From Lama guanicoe (lineage: Eukaryota), in contig MU054212.1 in assembly GCA_013239625.1 (NCBI GenBank), positions 992,001-1,056,000 on the forward strand: a stretch of 64,000 bases of DNA, read 5' to 3'. The notes below the pieces were generated by a model that saw nothing but the letters and a program-made list of their open reading frames with translations, made no database searches and was not told the DNA's origin. Of this stretch, positions 37,520 to 46,135 are shown piece by piece. The translations under genes were made by a program, and so were the position numbers. The stretch's first letter is position 1. Each line of letters starts with the position of its first letter.

Positions 37520-37889
37520 GTGTGGCTGTCGGTAGTGGTCGGAGGCATCCTGGTGTGCTTGGCCTTGCCGGCTGCCCTGGGGCCCTCGAGGAGGACACCT
37601 TCCTGCTCAAGTTTTTCTCCATGTTCCTTGGCCACATCCTCTTCCTGGAGCTGGCAGCTGGGATCCTGGCCTTCGTCTTCAAGGACTGGGTTGGAGACCA
37701 GCTCAACCTCTTCATCAACAAGGTCAAGGCCTATCGGGATGACCTTGACCTCCAGAACCTCACAGACTTTGCTCAGGAACACTGGTCTTGCTGCGCAGCC
37801 CAAGGGCCCATGACTGGAACCTCAGTATCCACGTCACCTGCACTGACCTGAACCTGAGCCAGGATCACCCGGGGGTGCCCATCTCCTGT
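37520..37889 (+). pseudogene. TSPAN17: Processed pseudogene fragment of a TspanC8 tetraspanin, most like TSPAN17
   Basis: Translates, with two frameshifts, as VWLSVVVGGIL/VLGLAGCPGALEEDTFLLKFFSMFLGHILFLELAAGILAFVFKDWVGDQLNLFINKVKAYRDDLDLQNLTDFAQEHWSCCAAQGP/DWNLSIHVTCTDLNLSQDHPGVPISC. This parallels TSPAN17 TM2-TM3-large loop as I recall it. No introns; GC-rich island in an AT-rich intron. Confidence 0.85.
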
Positions 37890-38657
37890 TTTAAAAAATA
37901 CATATCAATTAGCATTCTTTTATCCCTGTTTATAATGAACATTGCCAAATGAAACAAAAACAACATAAAAGGAAGCTGACAGTGGCTACAACCACATACC
38001 ATAAAGCTCACTGAAGACTCATGCCTGGTTGAAAACTTCAAAAGTTGATGTTTAGGGAAAAAAAATCAACAAAAGTGGAATAACAACTGCTAAAACTACA
38101 CATTTTTTTAAAAATTAAGAATCGACTGAAAGACTCAAAGCATCCTACTAGAATTTAGATCTGCAGGGTTTGACGTTGGAAAATTGAACTTCCTAGAAAT
38201 TAGACCCCAAAATAAAAAATTCATGACTGGAAACGCTGCCATTCTAATCATCTATGAAAAAAACTGATGAATCAAGTCTTTGTTGTAAAAATGTATTCGG
38301 AAGAAAATTGATTTTGATGAAAATAACTGGAAGAATGAAAGTGAAAACAGAAAAACAGAAATGGTTTAACTGTCTTGTGTAATTGATGGAGAAATTAAGT
38401 TGGTTTATGACTGTAGGTCCATAAAATACTTTTGACATATTCATCAGCGTTGAAATAATTTGCATAAGATTTTTATATTCATAAGCATGGAGTCAAAATA
38501 TTAAAAAATGTCTACATCAAAATATCAAAGTCAAAAAAATGTGGGTCAAAACATCCTGTTTTATACATAGTCTTGATCATAAATTCAGTACTGATACATC
38601 CATCATCCTTAAATGCAGATGTATTGCATTGATGGGTCTGTTCTCTGATGATTTCAG

Positions 38658-38797
38658 ACAAGCAGCCTGCAGGTCACCCTGGAAGATGGTCACATTGAAC
38701 TGAGCACCAGGGACAGCAGAAGCCCAATTTTTACATCTCCACAGACGTACATGGATGGTTCACTGCATTACGTGTCTGTGATAAGTGACAACTCTGG
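38658..38797 (+). CDS. LAMA3: Laminin alpha-3 exon 26 in window (LG3)
   Basis: ttcag|ACAAGC...TCTGG|gtgag; TSSLQVTLEDGHIELSTRDSRSPIFTSPQTYMDGSLHYVSVISDNS. Confidence 0.95.
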
Positions 38798-38974
38798 GTG
38801 AGTGGAATGGCCCTTCTGCCAGAGCTCTAAGAATTTTATTTTATTTAGTTTGATGAAATTTTCTGTACATTTTTTTGATAAATATTTGTCCTTGATGCTG
38901 ACACTTTTACCAGTAAGTCATGGCCTTCTTCCCGGTTCTCTATCAGTTTTCTCGTTTAAAAAAAAAATTCAAAT

Positions 38975-39362
38975 CAGAGTTGGATGGATAAATAAATTAT
39001 GGTGCATTCAAAACGGGAGAATGAAATGGGAGTAACAAGAATGAGAATCTACAACTGTACACAGCGACACAGATGAACCTTGCACCTAAGGCTGAGCGAA
39101 AGAAGTCACACATGAAAGAGCTAATTTCCTGTGACTTCGTTTATACAAAATTCAAAAGCAGGCAAAATTAATCCACTCTATCAGAATTCAGGATAGTGGT
39201 TGTCCTTGGAGGGGGGGAAGGCTAGAGATGGAACGGGAGCAAAGGCGAGGTGCCTGGGGTGCTGGCTGGCTCTGCTCCTTCATCTGGGTGCTGGTGATGT
39301 TGGTGTTTTCGCATTTCGAAGACTCACAGAGCTGTGCACTTAAGACATGTGCACTGTGCATA
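38975..39362 (+). mobile_element. Old L1 (L1MC/ME-like) 3' fragment
   Basis: ggataaataaattatggtgcattca...gatgaaccttg...aaattcaaaagcaggcaaaattaatc...gagctgtgcacttaaga. Confidence 0.65.
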
Positions 39363-39364
39363 TA

Positions 39365-39815
39365 CAGGCACGCCTTGGCAGTGTCATGGGTTTCGTGCCC
39401 GCCCACTGCAGTAAAGCTAATTTCACAATAAAGTGAGTCACACAAAATTTTTGGCTTGCTAGTGTATATAAAAGTTATGTTTACACTACACTGCAGTCTA
39501 TTAACTGCGCAGTAGCATTATGTCTAAAAAAATACTGTACCTGTCTTATTTAAAGCATACTTTATTGCTAAAAAATGCTAACCATCATCTAAGCCTTCAG
39601 GGAGTCGTAATCCTTTTGCTGGTGAAGGGTTTGAAATATTACGAGAATTACCAAAATGTGACACAGAGACATGGAGTCAGCAAATGCTTTTGGAAAAATG
39701 GCACCAATAGATTTGCTCAAGGCAGGACTGCCACAAACTTTCAGCTTGTAAAAAAAAAATGCAACGTCTGCAAAGCATATTTCAAAACAAAGTGCAAAAA
39801 AACAAGGTATGCCTG
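39365..39815 (-). mobile_element. Tigger1-derived non-autonomous DNA transposon (Tc1/mariner-pogo)
   Basis: TA|CAGGCACGCCTTG...CAAGGTATGCCTG|TA: terminal inverted repeats with TA target duplication; both ends resemble Tigger1; 451-bp internal-deletion derivative. Confidence 0.85.
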
Positions 39816-40012
39816 TAGAGTGTTCATAAAAACGTCATGTGCAAAAAGAAATGCATGATGCAAATTTTAAATGCTCTTTAAAAAGAAGCCTGGTTTGATG
39901 AGTTATTGCAGGTTAAAGATTTTGAGTCTGAATCAGACAGTTGACCGCCTGGCGAGCACCATTTTCCCCAGCTGTTCTCAGTCCTGTTTGGCTTTTGTCC
40001 TCTCTTTTTCAG

Positions 40013-40144
40013 CCTCCGGCTCCTCATTGATGACCAGCCTCTGAAAAATAACCAAAGACTGCGAGGCCTTTCAGATTCCCAGCAATCCCTGCGTCTGGGC
40101 GGCGGTCACTTCGAGGGTTGCATCAGCAACGTTTTTGTCCGGAG
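40013..40144 (+). CDS. LAMA3: Laminin alpha-3 exon 27 in window (LG3)
   Basis: ttcag|CCTCC...CGGAG|gtggg; LRLLIDDQPLKNNQRLRGLSDSQQSLRLGGGHFEGCISNVFVR. Confidence 0.95.
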
Positions 40145-41135
40145 GTGGGTGCCCTTTCCCATGATGGGAGCGGCCTGCCAAGGCAGAGGACGTGTCGCCA
40201 CGTTCCGCAGGCAGCTCTCCTGCCTCAGGCTTTCTAACCCAAACCACCTGGGCTCCGCCTCCCTCTGTCAGAGCAGCTTTGGAACATGACCATGGAAAAG
40301 GTCTAATTAACTTTCAGATTATGGCCTTGAAAAATATTCACACTGAAGTTTTATTTCATTGTAATCAAGATTGTGCAATTAGATGTAATCAACTCTTCTC
40401 CATTTCCAAGGTCAAGGAATTGCTTGGGCCAGTGCAGTGCTGGGAAACCCAATGACCACAGCGTTGAACGTGACTTTTCACAGAGTAGAGTCGGGTGTTT
40501 GCATGCAAATGTTCAAATGCTCTCTCTCTCTCTCTCTTTTTTTTTTGCTACAAAATGATCGTTTTTAGATAAGAGCGAGACTCTCCCCAGGGCAGAGGGA
40601 GGGCCCAGGACTGGTCATGAACCTTAGGCAGCCTGTTAGGAAATGGTGAGCTGCTCTCTGGGCTCGGTGACAATCACAAGATAAAGCAGACTTATCCCAA
40701 GATTTTCCTGCTGAAATGCAGGGAGGTGAGTCCTTCTGTGAACTCACTTCGGAGGCTTCCTGACGTTCACCGTCATTCTAATCACCCAGTGCCTACGTCT
40801 GTCCTCCCTCCGATTTCATTCTCATATTTCTCTGTGGCACCCATTCTGAAGAAAGAACCAGAGTATTCTGGCTGTGCCGCAGTCCTGCCCGCCAAGTTAA
40901 TAAAACTTTTTCAGGCCCTCCTGCTGGCCGGGCACGGGGCAGGGATCTTGGGGACGGCAGAGGTGGTACAGCACACCCTCATCCTCTGTGAGCCTCGTGT
41001 TTCCTCTGCATACACTGCGCGGGTAGGAGATGAAAGTTTACCCAGAAATCGGGACAGTAGAACTGTGTATTTCTGAGACAAGTGCTCAGCCCGTCTTCCT
41101 TGATGTGTCAAAGTTCACTTCTGCCCTCATTCCAG

Positions 41136-41289
41136 GTTATCAGAGGCGCCCGAAGTCCTAGATTTGGCCAGTAAATCTACCAAGAGAGATGTATCCCTGG
41201 GAGGCTGCAGTTTAAACAAACCACCTTTTCTAATGTTGCTTAAAGGTTCTACAAGGTTTAACAAAGCCCAGACGATAAATATCGACCAG
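41136..41289 (+). CDS. LAMA3: Laminin alpha-3 exon 28 in window (LG3 end; KRD and PPFLMLLKGSTR motifs)
   Basis: tccag|GTTA...GACCAG|gtaag; LSEAPEVLDLASKSTKRDVSLGGCSLNKPPFLMLLKGSTRFNKAQTINIDQ. Confidence 0.95.
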
Positions 41290-41430
41290 GTAAGTGTCAA
41301 AACCTTGCCCTGGGTTTTGCTTCTTCCCAGACGATTCTCAGAGGAGAATCCTGCCTCACCAGAGATGCTGGGGAGGGGAAGGGAAGGGAGGGCGGAGTGT
41401 GGGTCACCTGACCCCATGGGGTCAGTGCCT

Positions 41431-41862
41431 CCAGTAAATCTCAAATGCCCAAATTTGTCTCTTCCCACCCCCTTTCCCCAGTAACCATAAGATTGTTTAC
41501 TATGTCTGCGAGTCTGCTTCTGTTTTGTAGATGAGTTCATGGTGTCCTTTTTTTTTAGATTCCACATATGAGTGATATCATATGGTATTTTTCTTTCTCT
41601 TTCTGGCTTACTTCACTTAGAATGATGATCTCTAGGCCCATCCATATTGCTGCAAATGGCATTATTTTATCCTTTTTATGGCTGAGTAGTATTCCATTGT
41701 ATAAATATACCAGAGCTTCTTTATCCAGTCATCTGTCCATGGACATTTAGGTTGTTTCCACGTCTTGGCTATTGTATATTGTGCTGCTGTGAACATTGGG
41801 GTACATGTATCTTTTCGAATTAGAGTTCCTTTTGGATATATGCCCAGTAGTGGGATTGCTAG
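41431..41862 (-). mobile_element. Relatively young L1 fragment (ORF2 C-terminus plus partial 3' UTR)
   Basis: Minus-strand translation LAIPLLGIYPKGTLIRKDTCTPMFTAAQYTIAKTWKQPKCPWTDDWIKKLWYIYTMEYYSAIK is the L1 ORF2 C-terminus. Confidence 0.92.
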
Positions 41863-42139
41863 AAAAGTGGTTTTCTTTTTAGCTTTTATTTTTTGTCTTG
41901 ATGAACACTTGGCAGTGTTTGCAGTCATAGAGCAAACAGAACCTTGACTTAGGTTTCTCAGTCTCTGTCTTGGTGTCTTGCTCTTTTGGCACTTCTGTTG
42001 TGTCTCCAGCAGGTACCGTGATGGTCTCTAGAATACAGGGACCGTGACCCTTCTCTTGCCCACAGACACCTCTCTGTCCTGCCTTGTATGATGAGAGACA
42101 CACGTGCACCCAGGCCTTGCCAAGACCAGTGTGGCTTGA

Positions 42140-42285
42140 CTTTGACTGCACACTAGGAACACCTGGGGATCTCTTAGAATCCCAATGCTTCGGTTGCATC
42201 CCACCCAATTAAGTCAGATGCTCTTGAGGTAGGTCCATGTGACAGGAGTTTGTAAAGCTCCCAGGTAGTTCAAATGTGTAGCACT
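42140..42285. mobile_element. MER5-like hAT-Charlie MITE
   Basis: gactgcacactaggaacacctgggga...aaagctcccaggtagttcaaatgtgtagc. Confidence 0.6.
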
Positions 42286-42429
42286 AAAAGAGGTTGAAAG
42301 GAAAAGAAATTTCTTGTTTGGAGGAGTGGAAGCTTCATAATAAACAGAACACAGGGTTAGGAGTAAAAGAATGTCTTGCTCTGCCCGAGGTCAACAGTGT
42401 GACCTCCTCATATCTGAGGTTACAGTTGA

Positions 42430-42680
42430 TACGATTAAGGGATAGCGCTGAGCACCTCCAATGTGCCAGGCGTCACGCTAAGCTCTTCAAGAGGATTTTC
42501 TTACTAAATTCGCACGTAACCTTGTAAGAGAAGTACTGTTACTGGCCACATCTTCCAGAAAAGGATGCCGTGGCTTAGAAAGGTCAGCAGTTTGCCCAGG
42601 CTCCCACAGACACAGGTGGAGTTGGAATTCAAACCCAGGCAGCCGGACCCCAAAGCCCGTGCCCTCTTAAGAGCAATGCG
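42430..42680. mobile_element. MIR SINE
   Basis: gagcacctccaatgtgccaggc...cagtttgcccagg...ggaattcaaacccaggcag. Confidence 0.7.
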
Positions 42681-43394
42681 CTTCCATTCAACACACTTTT
42701 GACTTAACATCAACCACATGCTGCTTGTCTTCCAGTATTTCTCCTGCTGCACAATGATCTGGGGGAGCTGAGTAGACAGTACATAAAAAGAAATGTTTTA
42801 TGCTATTAAGAAGAAACATATTTCATAAATCCCTAAGGATTGTCATTTTACTGTTAGGAAAAGAACATCTCTAGAACTGCCCCATCGGGAATGAAGTCAT
42901 ATATTTTTTTTTCCTCCATAAGGCCGGAAGTTACGGAGAGATTAAATTAGCACAGTGATGGTGGAGATGGAGAGAAGGAAATGGATTCAGAGCTATTTAG
43001 AAGATGGAATGTACCAGACTCATATAATAATTGAATGTGGGTGGCGAGGGAGCTAATGCAATTCTGAGGCATCTAGTGCAGGTTACTGGATGAGTGGAAA
43101 AGCCATTCATGGAGAGAGGAAAAGGACAAGTCTTTGGAGCGAAAGAGAATGAGTGGAGTTTATGGCATATTGAGTGACAGGTGCCCCAACCAGGTGCAGG
43201 GAGCTGCTGGGAGACTGTCAGGCATCTCCGAGTGGCCTCAGCAGAGAGAGCAGAACTGGGGCTGTTGATGTGGGAGACGCAGTGAATGCACTGTGCCTCA
43301 TGTTGCTCCTGTTCTGTGCAGGCCCCAGATCAGATGGAGTAAGACATTCATTATGCCTCTAAAAGTTCAATAACAGAGAGAAGGCAACGAAGCT

Positions 43395-43625
43395 TTGTGG
43401 CTAGGTACTGGACTTTGCCGTCAGAGTTCCTGGGTTTGCGCTGGGCTTTATCATTTCCTACGTGTGTGATCTTGAATGCTTATCTAGCCTCCTACCTCCT
43501 GCAACGTAAATGAGGACATGTAATGGCATCTCATGGTGTCGTGAGGGTTAAATGAGATAATAGACATAAAACACGTGGCACATCGTAGGCATGCAATAAA
43601 TACTAGCCATTATTAGTGTTATTAT
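43395..43625. mobile_element. MIR SINE
   Basis: gtcagagttcctgggttt...tgtgtgatcttg...gtgagggttaaatgagataat. Confidence 0.7.
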
Positions 43626-44959
43626 CATTATACACACTAATAACCTAAGTGAAAGGGACAACACATGCTGTAGGAGTGGTGCAGCAGGCATGTTCCTGCC
43701 ACAGAGATCGGGGGGTCCTTCTGGAGGGTGATACATGAACTGGGTCTGGAGTATGGGCTGAATTTAGACGGGCAAGTGTTATTACTCTGTGAGCAGCAGC
43801 CTAGAGCCAGGAGGCAGGATGTGGAGGGAACTTGCAGGTACCAGATACTTTGCCTACATCCTCTCTGATCTCTCTTTCAGTTCTCACCACGCGCCTCTGT
43901 GAGCAGAATAAAATGCAACCCTGCAAGTCAGGGAAGGGAGTTTCAGAGAGGTTTAAAAAAAAAGTTTGCCTAAGAGCACCCAGTAAGTAAACCGTAGAGT
44001 CAGAACTGAAACCTGGGGCTGCAGAATGTGCTCTTCACACGCGGGCTCTGCAGGCTTGGGAAGCTTGGTGAACAGGGACAATTTGGTGCGGAAAGTGGGG
44101 GGTGGGCAGACGGATGCCCAGATACATTGCTAGTTCGGTCAGAGATTGGAGTTGGCATATTGTAATGGAAATATATGTCAACACTATTTTGAACAGTTTT
44201 ATTATGACTGAAGTTTAATTAAATAAAAAAAGATTAAAAAGAACAGAGAGGGTTGGGGTGGAGGGTAAGTTCAGAATCGCATGCTGGAGCCAGACCAGAC
44301 AAGCCTCAGATGGCCTGACGCAATTTTGACGTTTTTCTGTAGTCAGTGTGAAGCCACTGAAAGGAGTGCTTTAAGCTGTGGATGGTTTTATCTAGGAGAG
44401 TCCTAGAGACATGGAGTCATCCTGGCAAAGTACTGGAAAAGGTCCAGGCAAGAGGGTGGGGACCTGACTTTCAGGACAGAGGTGAAAGGGAAGGAGTGGA
44501 AACAAAGTATATCCCAGACATGAAGAGTAGGACGTGGAAACTGAGCGCCTGTAAGAGGCCGAGGAGGTGGGTGCCTGTGATGACGAAGGTGTGGGGCCAT
44601 GATGCCCTGAAGGATGATGGTGCCATTAAGAGAATTAAGGAAGAGTTGGTGGCAAAGGGAGTCTTTGAAAACTGTTCATCTTGACGTTGCTGCTACTGAC
44701 ACATGAAGAATCTTGCAGGGAGGGCATGGGCCCCCCAGTGTGAGGCCCCCCCAGGAAGCTCCGGGAGGACCCAGGTCTGGCTGTGATTTTCAGCAATTCA
44801 CTTAACTGCATGGTGATCTAACCTCCACTCAGCAGTGTGCAAGCGTGGAGTGTTTGAAATCCCTGGTATCAAGTCTGCATCCCAAGCATCCTATCCAGGA
44901 ATCCGATGGGACTGGAAAACCGGATCCTGAAGGAATCTGAATCTCTTAGGAAGCCTTCA

Positions 44960-45270
44960 GCTGCTAGGGCTTAACCTACTGCAAAATGGCTTGAGCCATA
45001 CAGTAGGAGGATCTAAAGGGTCACACTAAGGGCCAGTTCGAAGATGGGAGGGTTGGAGGCCTGACCTGTAGGACTGGGCTTTGCTTCCCCGCTGCCGCCC
45101 TGGCTCCACCCCCTGCAGTTCAAGACTACCTAGTGCAGTGCCTGTGTCAGGAGCATTGAGCTCTGCCTTCCTCTCTAAGGCCCCGCCCCCTGACTTCCCC
45201 TTAAGGCTCATTGGCCGGATTGGGGTGGTCGCATGTTCATTCCTGAACCAATCCCTAGCAGGGCAAATTC
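44960..45270. mobile_element. MLT1-like (MaLR) LTR fragment
   Basis: ctcattggccggattgggg...catgttcattcctgaaccaatc resembles MLT1J/K LTR phrases. Confidence 0.45.
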
Positions 45271-45965
45271 CCATCATTTACTTCCAAGAATGGAGAGCCC
45301 CGCTGAGCTCTAAGTGCCTCTGAGCCTCTGAGGCCCGTGAAAGACGTGTGGGCATGTCATCAAAATCTGGGCCTTGCAGCAGAGGAAAGAGGAGGAAGGG
45401 CTGGCGAGTCTCAGTTTCTAACAACAATTTTTCTAGTCACATTTGATTCTTATTACGGTTGTTTTCCTGCGTTAAAACTCAGTCCTGTTCAAAAGTTCAG
45501 AGCATCGCCCAGCTCAGGACAGACTTCATGCCTGGGTCAACTCTGATGAAAGCGGGGACAGGATGGGGTCCCCTCAGACCTTCTGTATCCTGCTCTCTGG
45601 GTCCTTTCATGGCCCTGCTGCAAAAGGCCCAAGTGATGGCCCAGAGGTGGCAGGTTGGTGGCTCCAGGTCCCACTGGCTGGCTGGGCAGGCCTCGGCACT
45701 GCTGGCCAAATGCTGGCTCTCTCAAGGGACCCTGGTTCTTCCGAAGCTCCACGGTGGGAGGCGTTCAGGGTAGCCACTGGTCCCAGATGTGGCAGGCTTA
45801 GGTAGTATGGGAATTCCATGCATCCTCTCCAAAGATGAAGTCATCTCTGTTGATTTCTGCTAAGGATCAGAAGTCAAAACCAAGCAAGGCTCTTAGCAGG
45901 ATAAGCATTCTCCACTCTTCCGCCTGATAATTTGCTGCCCTGATTTTTGCTTCTCTCCCACACAG

Positions 45966-46135
45966 CCATTGCGGGACACACCAGCATTCTCCCCGAGGAG
46001 CTTGAAGGTGTGGAGAGATGCCCAGTCTTGCCCCCCACCTCTCGGGGCCCAGGCCAGCCACAGAGCCCTCAGGTTTGGGAACAGTGCCACCAGCCACTTG
46101 CTATTCATGCTTCCCCAGGAGTTGCTGAAATCCAG
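45966..46135 (+). CDS. LAMA3: Laminin alpha-3 exon 29 in window (LG3-LG4 hinge, start of LG4)
   Basis: cacag|CCATTG...TCCAG|gtatg; PLRDTPAFSPRSLKVWRDAQSCPPPLGAQASHRALRFGNSATSHLLFMLPQELLKS. Confidence 0.93.

Noticed and set aside
37520..37889. Functional link between the tetraspanin copy and laminin-332 adhesion
   Set aside because: The partner of laminin-binding integrins is CD151; this copy is TspanC8-type and frameshifted, so co-location is best treated as coincidence
8034..39440. Several AP-1 TGAGTCA motifs (e.g. 8034, about 20847, 28275, 28706, 32996, 33680)
   Set aside because: LAMA3A is known to respond to AP-1, but roughly eight such heptamers are expected by chance in 64 kb and there is no tight cluster
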